Assembly: GCA_001724265.1 (NCBI GenBank)
Contig: MEDY01000158.1
Coordinates: forward strand, 1-64,000
Direction: 5' to 3'
DNA: 64,000 nt
Source: Rhizaria sp. SCN 62-66
Lineage: Eukaryota
Shown piece by piece: positions 26,239 through 39,217 of the stretch (the stretch's first letter is position 1; every line of letters begins with the position of its first letter). The translations under genes were made by a program, and so were the position numbers. Below the pieces are notes generated by a model. That model was not told the DNA's origin, ran no database searches, and worked only from the letters and a program-made list of their open reading frames with translations.

Positions 26239-27676
26239 ATGCTGAGGCGTAGTCTGAAGCTTGCGCAGCGCCCGACCGCCTCCCTGCTGCAGTCCGCGCA
26301 GTCCTCCTTGTTTACTGTCGCACCGACCCATGTGTCGGCACCGCAGTCCCGCGCCGCCGTGAGTGCACCCTCGCGCGGGCTGGCGTCGCGCCCCGCGTCC
26401 GCCACTTCTGTCGGCCGCGGTGGCGCTGGTGAGCCCCCGAAGCCTTTGCAGACGGCAGAGGTTGTCCCGGGCGTGCGCGTGGTGACGATGCAGTCCGCCC
26501 CGCGCGCCTTCAAGACAGCGCTGGAGGGCAGCGTGGTCTACGCCATCGACGACAAGACGTACCGCACTGTGCTCAACCGGCAGACGACCCCGCTTGCAAC
26601 GGCGGGGGCGTCACTCGCCGCGCTCTCGTTCTACCCCTGGGAGCCCTACGCCGTCGCCATGTGGTGCGGCCTTAGTACGTCGCTGCTTGCTATGTTTGTT
26701 TTGGCTACGCTCCACGTTGTGCCCGCAGTTTCGACGCATCCCTGCTCATCAACAATGACACGACCCTGCCTCAATTCGCTCATCACGTTCTGTATCTTCT
26801 TTCTGTGCTTGTATCTTTGACAACTTGTCCCCGTTTTGCGCCACCGTGCTGCCCACAGTAATCTCCAGCGGCTGGGCGACGTGGACGCACTCGCGCGAGA
26901 TCACCCGTCTCGTCGCCTGTCCCCACCCGTCCAGCTCCACGGGCGCTGCCGCCAACGCCGCGAACGCTACCAACGCTGCTAATGCAACAGTTGGCTCTGC
27001 TCCCGCTGCCCCTGTGGGCCCGCCGGTGCGGGATCCGCTGCAGTACCCGCGCGCGGGCCGTCCATTGGACGCACCCACGGGCGGCTGGCTCATCGAGCGC
27101 TTTGGCTTCCCGCTGTTCGCCGCGCCCGTCGAGAAGGTACGACATGTGAGAAACGAGATATCTCAATCACCTTGTTGTCAAACTGTTTGATATTATCTTC
27201 TTGATACATGTTGTATCTCTTGTGGTTTGAGGTGTCATATGTCACGCTATCTTTTTTTCTTTCTTTCTGATACCATGCCCAATTACGCTCTCGAAACTTG
27301 TTGCCCAATATGCATCTCATCATTCATTTATTCTGTTTCTGCGTGATTTGACTTTATTTGATAGCTCGCCGACGGTCCGCTTGTGCGCGTGCCCGAGGCC
27401 CTGTTCCCTCCGCAGTTCGTCACCGCCCCCGCGATCGCAGCGGCAACCGTGCGGCCCTGCTGGACGCGCGTAATCGTCGACGCTGTGGCACCGCAAAAGG
27501 CCAAGATGCTCTTTTACGTGGACCAGATCCGCGATCTCGACCGGTTCAACCAGCTCCTTGCGCGCCAGAACAACGGCTCCGTCGCTGAGGCCGCCGCGCA
27601 GGCTGAGATCGACAAGAAGAAGAAGAAGCCCGCCGCGGAGTCTCCGACCACGACCGAGAGCAAACAGGCTGCGTGA
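26239..27676 (+). CDS. Hypothetical protein with mitochondrial presequence-like N-terminus and hydrophobic segments (possibly TMEM70/186/223-like); exons 26239-26674, 26859-27136, 27365-27676
   Basis: Arg/Ser-rich acid-free N-terminus MLRRSLKLAQRP. Two introns (GTACGT...CACAG 26675-26858; GTACGA...ATAG 27137-27364) join three GC-rich blocks in frame; stop TGA. The family suggestion is weak. Confidence 0.65.
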
Positions 27677-28166
27677 GCGTTGAGTGTGAGTGCGAGTGAT
27701 GCTGAGTCAGCCTTTTCTGGCAAGGGAAAGACTTTCACATCGTATTTTTCTCTTGTGGAGCAACGTTGACGCAAATGTGGGGTAATTATTATGACTAAAC
27801 GGCTGAATATTGTGCTGTAGTACTGGCTGGCCACTGCTATGTGCTGAGTCGGCCATGTGGTGAGCACATGGACCATAATACATTGTACATATACAACTTA
27901 AGAACTCAAATTATACCACATTTTTATGCATTCTTTTAGAAGTGGAATAAACTTTGGAAATGTATTGTCTTGATAAGCTTATGATTAAAGAATCTTGTCA
28001 GTCAGTTATGTTAAGAAATATTTGTTGTGTGGCCCGCAGCCATGACACGACTCACGCATGCCACATCAAGCTGGTATCTGCCAATAACACATCGCAACAC
28101 GTCAGCTCACAGTCTCACTGGGTTTCGTCCAGAAACATTAAAGCGCGCCGCAACGCCAATACGCGC

Positions 28167-28997
28167 TCAGAGCTCGCTGCGGTAGAAGCCCGTACGGTTG
28201 CCGTCGCGCCCATTCTCGGTCTTCTTTTGCTGCTGCTGCTGCTGCTGCTGGCGCTGCTGCTGGCGCTGCTGCTGCTGCTGTCCCTGCTGCAGAGACGCGA
28301 GCAGTTGCAGCACGCGCGCGAAAATCCCGGCGAAGTTGATCAGCGCGGTGAGCGCTGCGCCTGCATGGTCGCGGTGCCCGGCGTCGAACTCGCGGACGAG
28401 GCGCTGCGTGTCGGCGACAGTGACAGCCGAGACAAGCGCGAGGCCGAGCAGGGTGTGGAACCAAGGCGGCAGCACGAGAAGCCCGCCGAGGAAGAAGCGA
28501 AGCGTGGAGACGAGCGAGAGGAACGACAGCACGGAACCGACGGCGGCGCCGAGATAGAGGTAGCGCGGCTGCGTGGCGAGGAGGCCCGTGACGGTGAACG
28601 CGCTGAACACGGCCGCGGTGAGTAAGAAAGCGGTTAGAGGCAGAGAGGGGTCGAGGCGGGCCGCGGACAACACCAGCGGACCGGCGTTGAGGCCGGAGAG
28701 AAAGCCGGCAAACAGGACAAGGTAGAAGCGCGTGGCGAGGGACTGGGAGCGGGACATGTAGAGGTAGGCGACGAGGCCGAGGAAGACGAGCGAGGTGATG
28801 GTGCCGCCCAGCTGGTACTGGACGTGGACGCCGAAGCCGACGGCCGCGAGCAGCAGCGCCGCCGCGAGCGTGCCGTAGACCTTGGCGAGGAACACGCGCA
28901 GGTCAGGGGAAAGGTTCAGCGATAGGAAGTCGGGTGAGAAAGACTTGGAGACGTTGTCGTTCCACCAGCTCTCGCTCGACGCGAACGAGGCAGACAT
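28167..28997 (-). CDS. Bax inhibitor-1 (TMBIM) family membrane protein
   Basis: LSPDLRVFLAKVYGTL, FAGFLSGLNAGPL, AFLLTAAVFSAFT, YLYLG, ADTQRLV, GHRDHAGAALTALINFAGIFARVL; multiple TM helices. Start taken at ATG 28997; stop TGA. Confidence 0.88.
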   Translation of the reverse strand: MSASFASSESWWNDNVSKSFSPDFLSLNLSPDLRVFLAKVYGTLAAALLLAAVGFGVHVQYQLGGTITSLVFLGLVAYLYMSRSQSLATRFYLVLFAGFLSGLNAGPLVLSAARLDPSLPLTAFLLTAAVFSAFTVTGLLATQPRYLYLGAAVGSVLSFLSLVSTLRFFLGGLLVLPPWFHTLLGLALVSAVTVADTQRLVREFDAGHRDHAGAALTALINFAGIFARVLQLLASLQQGQQQQQRQQQRQQQQQQQQKKTENGRDGNRTGFYRSEL

Positions 28998-29692
28998 TCG
29001 AGAGAAGCTGCAGCAAGAAATTTCCGGAAGCAAGTGCACAACAAAGGCAGGTGATCGAGAGAAGATAAAAGTGAGAAATATAATACAAAGCAGCGGCAAA
29101 ATGTAGAACTTGCGACTGAAAGAATTTGACGATAAGGAGCCCTAGATCGGCTGAATGTACTTTTTGCTGACGAAGGAAGCGATCGATCGAAGCGATTGTG
29201 TGGTTGTGGTGGATTCTGATGGCCTGGTTCGCAAAAAAGCATGAAATGATTTGTGTTAGCGACATCAAAACGGCGAGATATCTGCTCCATGTGAACGTCT
29301 ACAGGAGAAGTGTGATTTGTTCATCTACTACCAGAGTGCAAGGTTTTTGTACCTCTTTTTGTTTAATGCAGAGACGCGATTTAACTTGCTGACTGGACCC
29401 TGGCCTCGCAGCGCTGCTTCAGAGTCGCCACTCCCCAAGCTATCTCAAACACCAGCGCTATGTTTAGTCACCATATAAGCTATTTGATAACGATGTCAAG
29501 ATGCCTGGTTATTGAATTGCTGAGACCGACCTATCACATCCTGCAATGACTTATCTGGCCTCTTTTTGTGTTGGTTTCTTTCCCATTCGCGCGTCGACGT
29601 CTCCTCTTTGTGCGCCTCGTGCCTGCCTTCTGCCTGTCGCGTGCGTGTTGTGTCTTGTGTTGCTGTCATGTTCACGTACAGAGTCGTCGTAG

Positions 29693-30736
29693 ATGCAGAG
29701 CGGAATTGCCGTTTCTGAGGCCGTGGTCAAGGAGTGGAACGACAAGCGCGTGCAGAGCAGCATCGACTACGTCAAGTTCCAGATCGTCAACAGCGACCGT
29801 GTTGAGATCACCGCCAGCGGCTCCGTCTCGGGCGCTGCCGATCCCCTGGCCGCCGCCGCGGCCGCCGCGCTTGCGCCCAAGGAGCCCTGCTACCTGTTGG
29901 TGCGCGCCAAGGCCCCCGCGGCTGCCGACGCCGCCGGCGACGCGAACGCCTCCTCGTCAGGCCAGTTCGTGCTCGTTTACTACGTCCCGCCTAACTCGCG
30001 TGTGCACGACAAGATGCTCGCGGCGTCGACGCTGAGCACCGTCAAGCTCGCGCTGAACCCGACGAACTTCTCCACCGAGATCCACGTCGGCGCCGTCGAC
30101 GAGTGCGCGCTGACGCGCCTCGCGCAGCACTCGCACTCGCGGCTGGAGCTCATGACCGTCAACGAACTCCTGGCCCACGAGTCCGCGTACGAGTCCGCGT
30201 CGGGCATCGCCACCGAGGCCAAGGTGTCGGTCGATCTCCCGGTCAAGGTGGCCCCCGAGGTGCTCCCGGCGCTCGCTGCAGTCAAGGACGGCTCCGCGGC
30301 GACTGCTGTGTTCACTCTCACTCTCGACACCGAGACGCTTGAGCTCGTCGGCAAGTCCAACGACTCGATCGACCAGACCTCCGCGGGCTTTACGCGCGAC
30401 GCGCCGCGTTACTGCGTGTTCAACTTTGCGCATACGAACCCGGCGACCGGCGCGGCCGCGTCCGCCGTCGTGTTCGTGTACTACTGCCCTGACAAGGCCA
30501 AGCCGAAGCAGAAGATGTTCTTCTCGGCGGCCAAGTCGCTCGTCGTGCGCCTGGTCGAGGAGCAGGGCGTCGCCATCACCAAGAGCTTTGAGGCCACTGA
30601 AGCGTCTGAGGTCTCGGCGACGAACGCGCTGAGTTACCTCTACCCGGCTGCCGTGGAGAAGAAGGTCATCACCAAGCTCAAGCCCCAGGGGCGCGCGGGC
30701 AAGTCCGCCTTCGTCGTCAAATTCGACGACTGCTAA
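29693..30736 (+). CDS. TWF: Twinfilin (tandem ADF-H domains)
   Basis: MQSGIAVS start, EPCYLLVR, YVPPNSRVHDKMLAAST, PRYCVFNF, VFVYYCP...KQKMFFSAAK, basic tail KPQGRAGK; stop TAA. Confidence 0.9.
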   Translation: MQSGIAVSEAVVKEWNDKRVQSSIDYVKFQIVNSDRVEITASGSVSGAADPLAAAAAAALAPKEPCYLLVRAKAPAAADAAGDANASSSGQFVLVYYVPPNSRVHDKMLAASTLSTVKLALNPTNFSTEIHVGAVDECALTRLAQHSHSRLELMTVNELLAHESAYESASGIATEAKVSVDLPVKVAPEVLPALAAVKDGSAATAVFTLTLDTETLELVGKSNDSIDQTSAGFTRDAPRYCVFNFAHTNPATGAAASAVVFVYYCPDKAKPKQKMFFSAAKSLVVRLVEEQGVAITKSFEATEASEVSATNALSYLYPAAVEKKVITKLKPQGRAGKSAFVVKFDDC

Positions 30737-31167
30737 GCGAAGCAACGTGTAACTGAGAGCAAAACGAAGCAAGGCAAAGTAAAACAAAGTAAATGTGCTG
30801 TGCTGCTTCGCGATGCTTCAGTACGAGCGATCTTGATGCTGTGTGTGAGTGTGAGTAGAGGCGCGTTGTGAGCCACTACCGACGTTAAACGTAAATAATA
30901 TGTACATATTAGTAATAAAACAACCCTTTCAAGTTCTCTCCTTGCTCGCGTTTGTTTACCTAGTTAAATATGCGAAAGTGTCGTTTTGCACGTTGCTTCT
31001 CGTCAAGCCTGCTGGTGCACGCGGGGGGGGGGGGGGGGTCATTCCCAGATCCATGTGACACAGATCGTTCGTCAATTGAGCTGCCATTGTAGTATCATAA
31101 ATAATTTTTATATTTTATATCAGATATCTTTTAACCACTCTATAGAATTTGATTGTCGTGTACAATC

Positions 31168-33035
31168 ATGAGTCAAAGTCGTGCTCATGTTGACCCAGCT
31201 CTAACGGGTTCAACCTACGGCCCTGCGCTGGCTCCACTACACGCCACGATTACGTATTCGCATGAATACACGATATCATCTTCTTCTGATGTCTTTTCTA
31301 GCGATGCATGGCTTTTTGGCGCGCCATCTGCTTGCGAAAGTGCCACTGCAGTCGCCGCTGCCTTGGCGCCTTCCTCAGCCGCTGCCCTCGCGCGCGCTGC
31401 GTCCGTCTCTCGCGCGCTTGAGGACGCTCTCTCCGAGGCCGTACACATTGTTTGCGAGCTGCTGCACGTGCACCCGCGCGCGTGCGCGTCTGCAGCGACT
31501 TTGTTGCGGATGGTCCTGCGCCGCACCGCGCTGACGCGCTTCGACCCGCGTCTCTGCGCCGCAGCTTGCACCTTGTCCTCTCTCAAGGCCCATGACCAAC
31601 GCATCGACCCCGCCTCGCTGTGCACCGCGTTCCGCCGCGCGGTGGGCCCCGCGCGGTTTGTTTACGGCCCCGCGGACGTCGTCGCGGCTGAGCTCGCGCT
31701 GCTCCCGCGTCTCGCGCCGCTGCTCGCCCCGCCCGCGCCCCACGCGTTACTGTCCGCCTTGCTACCGCAGCTCCCGTGGCCCGCCGCGGCGTCGCGGCTC
31801 GCGTGGCGGCTCAACTACGACCTCCACCGCACGCGCGTGCCGGCGGACTACGCGGACGCCGCCGTCGCCGTCGCCACGGCGGCGTCCGCAGCGGCGGCAA
31901 CAGCCGCAGCCTCAACAGCATCGAACTCGGCCTATGATAGGGAGGATAGCGACTGTGGCGCTGCGAGCGCGGCGGGGGCGGCGGCAGGACACCGAGGCGC
32001 GCTGCTGCTGGCGGCCGCGGTGCTGTATTTAGCCGGCGCCGCGCACGGGTACAACTTGGCTGCTGTCTTTAAGGTACGCCGTCGACTGTAGTGTAACATC
32101 CCGGTCACTTTCGCAATGTCCAGCTAGATGTTGTTCGCTGTTCAATGGGTTGTGAGCTGCAACACCAAGTTATGCTGATTTCATGTTATTCGACATTTAT
32201 TTACTGATTTCTTGTTTCGTTCATTCACAGAATTCACTTTCTATTGCTTTGTTTGCTTCGCTATGCTGCTCTCCCATAGCATTTGCGCCTAGCGCGTTTG
32301 CGCGTTGTCTCCGTCGCCGCCGCGCTTCTCGCCTTTTATGCAGCGCGCACCAAGTCTTGCGTTACCGCCAACAGCGCTGACACAAACAGCAGCAGCAGCA
32401 ACGGCAACATCAGCAGTGTTAGTGGTACGAGTGCGGCTACGAGTGAAAGCGCTGACGATGATGACGAGCCCGCGTTTGGCGGCTCCCGTCCCGCCGCCGC
32501 GCGCTTCTTCCGCGCCGCCCTCACCGCGCGTGCGGTGACCGTGAGCACCACGGGTACCCCCGCGAGCTCCCCCGTGAGTCCCGTGAGTACGGGGGCGGCG
32601 CTGGGAGTGGGGGACGCGCACTTGCTGCTGGATTTGGTGCACATCGCACCCTGCGAGGCCGTATTTCGCGTGGCGACCGCGGCGGCCCGCGCGCTCGACG
32701 CACGCAAAACCGAGATTCTCACTGCAGCAGCGACTGCTACTGCGACTGCCAGTGCAGACAATGCGCAGTCTGCGAAAGCTGCAGTCGACGCCAAAACTGC
32801 GGTTGAGACTGCGGCTGAGATTGCGGCTGCGGAGGAGGCTGCGGTGGGTGAGGTGCGGGCGTTTGCGCGTGCGGTACTGTCGGAGAGCGCATACGTGACG
32901 GCGCAGGGCCGTGGCGTGTTCGGGTTCCGGCGCAAGGGCGCGGACAGGCCGGGCGGCGCGAGTGGAGCGCTGTGGCAGCCGCCGGAGGCGGAGCAGGCGC
33001 GCCACAAACCAGCCAAGCCCGTCGGCAACAAGTGA
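31168..33035 (+). CDS. Divergent cyclin-box protein (cyclin C/H/L/T-like); exons 31168-32073 and 32280-33035
   Basis: ACASAATLLRMVLRRTALTRFDPRLCAAACTLSSLKAHD and DVVAAELALL...PH resemble a transcriptional cyclin N-terminal box. GTACGC...CATAG intron 32074-32279 is phase 0; stop TGA. Confidence 0.65.
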
Positions 33036-33364
33036 GAGTTCGTCTTGAAACAAAATCAAATATGTAGTGTTTCATGTTTTCAAAAGGATTATGTGGTTAT
33101 TTATGATATACACAACAATTTCAACTCAAGACAAACTGTAATATGGGAGAGCCACAAACGGCTCGCGGTGGTGCGTGTTGGCGGGGAGAGGTGTCGCGAA
33201 GAATATTCATATTATGTTCGCAGCTTGATCGTCAAGTTGAAATATGACAACATCTTCATGTTTTAGCGTATATTTAATATCTAATCCTTGTAATTATATT
33301 TCTTGCAATCTTCATTCTCTCTTAGGTTTAGCAAAGCTAGTTCTCGAAAGTCCACTGGTACCGA

Positions 33365-36300
33365 ATGAGTACTTCTCCGCACGGAGACGGGAGCTCAAGC
33401 TCTTCAGCCACATCACCAGAGCCAGGCAAGCGTCCCCCTAGTGACGCCACGCATGGTGAGCACACTGACAGTGCCCGCACAGTGAGCAACGAGCTCCTCA
33501 CGTCGCTGCCCCGTCTGGCGCTGCCGGTGCGCGGCCCCTTGCGCGCGCCGGGCCTGTGCCACCGCACGGGCGCGCCTCGCACCGTCGCCGCGCACCCGCC
33601 CGCTGCGGCCGTGATCATGCTTGACGAGCACGGCGCGGAGGACACGTGCCCCGCCGCGGAGGCTGGAGACAGCGCGTCTAGCTCCGCCTCGGCGACGGCG
33701 ACCGCGACTGCGCCGGCAACTGCGACTACGACTGCTGCGAGTGGAAGCGGCATTACAGCGCTGCGTCGCGGCGCCTTTGCGGTAGTCTGCGGCGTGTGCG
33801 AGCGCGCGTTGCCGCAGTACACGTGCCCCAAGTGCGGCGTGCCGTACTGTTCGCTGGCGTGCTACCGCGCAGAGGCCCACGGCGCGCGCTGTGCTGAGAA
33901 GTTCTACGAGGAACAAGTGCGCGCTGAGATGGCGCAGCAAACGCGTATATCGCCTGCGGAGAGCGCTGCCAAAGCGCAGCAGCGAGCGCAGACGCAGCAG
34001 ATGCTTGCACGTGTTGATGCAGACGCGCAACGCGCTAGGTAGGTGTTCATCGATCGATCTCCTGTATTGATACATTTGTTGCGCGTCTCGACTAGATTCT
34101 TATGCATTGTATCTTAACTATTTGCTTACTTGATCTCAACAACAACCACAGGGACGAAGGTTACTTCCCTCAGCTAGCCCCAGCGCCCGGACAGCGAGCT
34201 CCTGCTTCTTTAAAAGATTCTACCGCACCCACAGCCGCGCCGCGAGTGTTGAAGCCTCTCCCGAGCCCCTTCGCGCCCAACGCAGACATCGGTACTAGTG
34301 ATACAGCCGCAACGACTGCACCTGCTGCTATGATTGACGCCGATGATGACTACGATGCGGCGGCTGCGGAAGCGGAGGAAGAGGAGGCTGCAGCGGCGGC
34401 CGCTGCGGCAGCCGCGCAGCACGCGCTCTCGGGACCCGCGCGGCGGCAGCAGATGCTCGCACAACAGGCGGCAGCGCGCCGCGCGGCAGCCGCAGCCGCA
34501 GCAGCAGAAGCTGCGAACTTTGCTGCGGGCGACAACGAGACTGACAGCGACGATGAGAGTCGCGAGGACATCAGCGCCCAGATCCGGGACGACGCGAGTG
34601 TGATTGCGCACGCAACAGCGCTCGCTGCCGCGAAGCCTGCTGCGCAGCATATGCAAGACCCTGACAACGCGTGTGCTGATGGCAATGATGACGACGGCGA
34701 CGACCCTCCATCTGCACCCGCCCCAGCGACTGGCAACTCCACTCTGGCTGAAACTAAGACTGGGACTGGGACTGAGGCAGAGAGTGTGCCGGCGCTATCG
34801 CTGTCTCCAGAGGCCGCTGACCGTCTCCTGGCGCTGGCGCGCGCAGACGCCCTGACGCTGGACGCGCTGTCCTCTTCCGAGCGCGCGCTGTTCTTCACCG
34901 CGCTGCGCCGCGGCGGGGACTGGGCGCTCGCCGCGCAGGCCGCCGCCGGGGTCGGCGCGCGCGACTGGTGGGCCCCCGCCCCGCCGCCCGTCCCCACGGC
35001 CGCCGCCGCGGGTGTCGACGCGGCGGACGGGGAGCGTGTCTTCGTTGTCGCGCCGCACACACAGCGAAACCAGCGGTCGCAGCAGCAACGACAGCACCAG
35101 AGTGCATCGGGGCCGGTGCGTGTGTTTGCCCTGCCGCCGTTGCCGCCCTCGCTGGCGTCGGTCGTTGCAGTCGCCGGGCCTGAGAGCGACAGCGATCACG
35201 ATGACGGCGGCGACGGCAACGACGGCGATGCTGCGAGCCCTGGCGCTGTCGAGACTCGCAAGCTGCGTGAGGCGCAGTTGGCTGAGTGCGAGCGGCGCGT
35301 GACCGCAGCGCTGCCGGTGTACGTACCGCCGCCGCGCCGCGCTTGGCTTGCCCGTCAACTCAGCCTCGTGATGGCCGCGGCGAACGGCGACAAAGCCGGC
35401 GGCAGCACAGCGAGCGACACTGTTGTCGCCGCGGTGGTTGGGGCTCACCTCGCGCGACTGGCCCGTCTCGAAGACCCCCCTATCACGACGGTGGGCTCTG
35501 GCGCTAATCGGAGCGAGAGCGAGAGCGGGAGTGGAAATCAGACACAGAGCAACCAAGTACCTGACGAGGTTAATGATGGTGGGGAGGAAGGGGAGCTTGC
35601 GCCACGCGCGCCTGCGCCACCGCTGCCGCTAGTTCTGCCGCCGCGGTGGGCCGTATTGCGTGGCGCGCGACTGCACGTTGCGCCTTTCGCGCTCGTCCCC
35701 GCCAACGCGCGCGCCGCTGTCGCCGCCGCCAAACACGAGCACGCTGTGTTTCTCGTCCTCCCGCCCGCGGCCACGACATCTGCTACTGCTGGTACTGCCG
35801 CTGCTGCCATTGCAGCGCCGCCGGCGGCGTCGCCCGCGCTGGCGCTGCACGTGACGGAGCTGTTGCTGGGCTACACACTCGCAGCGCGGCGCTGGGCCGG
35901 AGGCGACTTCGCTGCGGCCGCGCCCGCCGAGGCGCTCGCGCTTGTCGCCGCAGTGTCGTCCGTCGCGCGGGACGCGCTCACGCCCCCCGCGCCCGCCGGG
36001 TCTGCTGCGAGCGCGCGCGCGAGCGTGAGTGCATTCGGCACGGCTGCCGGCGCTGGTGCGATGTTGATGGCGGCCGCGGACGGCTTTGTGCGCTACTCGC
36101 GCCAGCGCGGCGACCGCTGGGGCGCTGCCTCTGCATCGCCTCAGTCTGCGTCTGAAGAGCAAGAGTCGTCTCGCAGCGGGCGCCAACACCTTGATGTCGC
36201 AGAGGGCGACAGTATTAACAACTCCGGTGCACCGACCGGGCTGGCTGCGCTCCTGCAGATGTTGCAACCGCCAACAGGCCTTGATAATGACAGTGACAGC

Positions 36301-37518
36301 GACAGCCCGGTGGCTACAGGCGGCGTGCTTGTGGGCCCCGCGGCCGCGGAGGCGACGGCGGGGCTGTGGCAGGCGGCGCAGTTGCTGCTGAACCCGCTGC
36401 GTGTGCTGCGCGCGCTAGTGCATCTGCTTCAGCTCTGCGACGCCGTCGCCGCGCGCGTTGTCGCCAGCGCGCCGCCCGCTCCTGTGACGACGACGACGAT
36501 CGCAACACTTTCGACCACGACAGACGCCGCTGCTGCAGTCACGCAGGACGGGCTCATTGCGCGCGCTGGCTCTGCTGCTGCGACGCGTGAGATGGGACTC
36601 GCAGCGCGGCAGGCGGCGGCTGTGGCCGCCAACGCGCGCGCCCTCCAAGAAGCTCTTGCTGAGCAGGTCGCTGAATCAGCAGCAGCGACCGCAGCGGCAG
36701 CGGCTGCAACGGGCGCGCGGCGGCTCTCCCCCGCGGCGGCAGCGGCGTTGGCGGGCGTGGGACGGCTGCACGCCAAACTGGGTTTTCTGCTCGCTGCTGT
36801 GCGCGACCACTACGTGGCCACCGAGGTCGCCAACGCGAGCGCTAGTCCAGCAGCCGCGGCGGGCGTGCAGAGTGACGCATGCTGTCGATGCAGGAGTTGT
36901 GCGGCGGCAGCGCGTTTGTGGGCGACGGCGGGGGCAACGTCCGCGTCATCCAAGAACGCAGAGCGCTGCCCCGCGTTCCGTTGCTGCGAAGCCGCCGTCA
37001 CCGACGCAACTGTCTCGACAGAACCGGTGACTGACGCTGAGGGTGGCTCGGTTGAAGACGGGCTTGCAGTAGTGGCAGACCTGACCGTGGGCCGCACGCA
37101 CGTGCCACCGCAGTACCCCGCTCGTGTCGCGCGCACCACCGTCCCACGCTGCTGCCGCCACCGCGACGACAGCGCAACCCCCGCTGCCGCAGTGGCTGCC
37201 GCCGCGGGGACGGGCGAGGCCGCGGGCGCGCTGCTGCCGGCGCTGCCCGCGGCCGTGACGGCGCTGCTGCTGCGCGCCGCTGCCGCCGAAAAGGCCGCTG
37301 CGGATGGCATGCGCGCGGGGCCATTCTCCACGCCTGCCGCCGCACCGCTGCTGCGCGCTGTGGCTGCGGACGCGCTTGTGGGGGCGGCGGAGCTCGCGCT
37401 GGCGCTTTGGCGCGTGCGCACGGCGCGCGAGGTGGCTGCCATGACTGGGGGGCATGGCGCTGCAGAGGGCATGGATGGAGATGAGATCTGGGAGGCTGTG
37501 TTTGCGGCTACAGAGTAA
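33365..37518 (+). CDS. HIT-type zinc finger protein (ZNHIT2-like) expanded by low-complexity sequence; exons 33365-34038 and 34152-37518
   Basis: CGVCERALPQYTCPKCGVPYCSLACYRAEAHGARCAEKFYEEQV zf-HIT motif. GTAGGT...ACAG intron 34039-34151 joins the two ORFs in frame; stop TAA. Confidence 0.8.
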
Positions 37519-38181
37519 GCAGAGGTGAGAGCATTAACGTAGACAATAACTTGATACATTAGCAAATCGTTTAAATAAACCCGCACTAAAATGAGGTCGG
37601 CCTAAAAAATACAGCGGAATAGTTGATCGATAAATTTGATGTTGTATAGGGAATATCGGGTGGATAAATCCGGAGGCGTGAATGAGCAAGCAGCGTTTGC
37701 AGTCATGTCTAACCTGACTGCGCTGCTACACCGTCACGCCGCGCGCTCAACGCGCCCCCACTGCTCAATGCACAGAAAAACTACGCGCTCACTAGCGACA
37801 GCAGCAGTCGTCAGAAGTGCGGGATAATTGTTGTTGAAATCACAGTTGGAGTTGTACATGAAAGTGAAGAAGTTGCAAGTGTTGTCATATTGTAAGAGTC
37901 TTGTTATAATTTTTACGCTCCCTATGATGCAATGCGTCGCCGCAACGCGCCACAAGAGCTTTCACAAATGCGCTGTCAACAGAACAGACAGCGCGAAGTC
38001 GCGTCTCGTGTCGCACCAAGCCGAGTCGTTTCAAAATCGCTCGTGTCTCACGAGTCGCTTAATCTCGAACGTGTGTCACCGACGTCTCCTGGTGTTAAGT
38101 CTCACGTCCTACGCACGTGTAACTAAAATGTGGTTAACCATTGTAACACGTGTTCGAGCGTGTCGTGTCAAAACGTGGCGC

Positions 38182-39217
38182 TTACTCGTCGTCCTCGTCG
38201 ATGCCGGTCCACTTCATCAGACCGCAAGCGAACTCAGCAAAGTCAATCTTGCCAGAGTTGTCGAGATCGAGCTCATTGAAGCGCGCCTCAAGCAGCTCAA
38301 TGGTGTTGCTGTGCGTGACAGTGCCGAACAGCGCGGCCTTGAAGTGCGCAACGTCGATCTGCGCGGTGGGGTCGTGCAAACGCGTCGGCTTGTGCGGGTC
38401 AGCACGACCCTGGAGCTCGGGCGATGAGGCCGGGTAGGTCCCGTCCGCGCGCTGCTGCGCGATGGACTCAAACGCGCGCACAATGTTGACAAGCGTGGTG
38501 CGGACCTGGGTGTAGGCGGCCTCGGCGGCGCTCAGCTCAGCGGGCGCCTCGGCCGCGGCCTCGGAGTCGAGGGCGGGGAAAGTGGGCGCGGGCAGAGGGT
38601 GCGGGAGGTAGAGGTTCGTGGCGACAGCGATGAGGAACTCGCCGAAAGAGACGCTCTCGGAGGAGAGCATGGCCTCGGAGAAGATGGTGTTGGCCGGCAC
38701 GGTGACGGCGGCGGGAACGAGCTGTGCGACGATGGCCGGGAGGGAGGCACCGGGGACGGAGACCTTGGAGTAGATGCGCTCGCTGGGGTTCAGCGCGGAA
38801 GCGGAGAAGACCGAGAAGAGGGACTTATACGTCGCGCGAATGCTGGGAAACTGCAGAGCCAGCTTGTTGAACTATGGGGAGTGAAGGAAAGAAACATGAG
38901 GCCCGAAAGTGGAGGTGTGGATGAGTGTCAGTTGGAGCACCGCTTGAGTCGACTTGCGAACAAGCGAGAAAAGTCGGATAAAGGAGGGCAAGGAGCGTAC
39001 CAAGTTGGTCGTAGTCTTGTGGTGGGTGGAGATAGTGTGGGAGGGAAGATCAGAATCATCGTTCCCGGCCATGCCAGCAAGACTAACCCTCTACAATGGG
39101 AGCGAATAGATAGCATGACGACAGAGGGTGGGTGAGCACGGAAGGAAGGAGAGAAAAGCGTTGTGTAGAAGCGAGGGAGACGGCAGAACGACAGGGCCAA
39201 CGTACACGAGAGGACAT
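38182..39217 (-). CDS. EF-hand calcium-binding protein (CML21-like); coding exons 39217-39206, 39090-39001, 38871-38182
   Basis: Spliced MSSR-RVSLAGMAGND...TTNL-FNKLALQFPSIR; canonical EF-hand RFNELDLDNSGKIDFAEFACGLMKWTGIDEDDE. Introns GTACGT...GTAG (39205-39091) and GTACGC...CATAG (39000-38872) are both phase 0; stop TAA. Confidence 0.8.

Noticed and set aside
31023-31038. 16-nt poly-G run upstream of the cyclin-like gene as a regulatory G-quadruplex
   Set aside because: An isolated homopolymer with no supporting evidence; its length may be an assembly artefact.
32089-32091. TAG ending the 312-aa cyclin-like ORF
   Set aside because: It falls 15 nt inside the GTACGC intron starting at 32074.
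34040-34042. TAG ending the first ZNHIT2-like ORF as a third read-through or TAG-stop case
   Set aside because: It lies inside the GTAGGT donor of intron 34039-34151, whose removal joins the frames.
38872-38874. In-frame TAG between the 66-aa ORF and the EF-hand ORF
   Set aside because: It is the CATAG acceptor of a 129-nt GTACGC intron, so it is not evidence for recoding.
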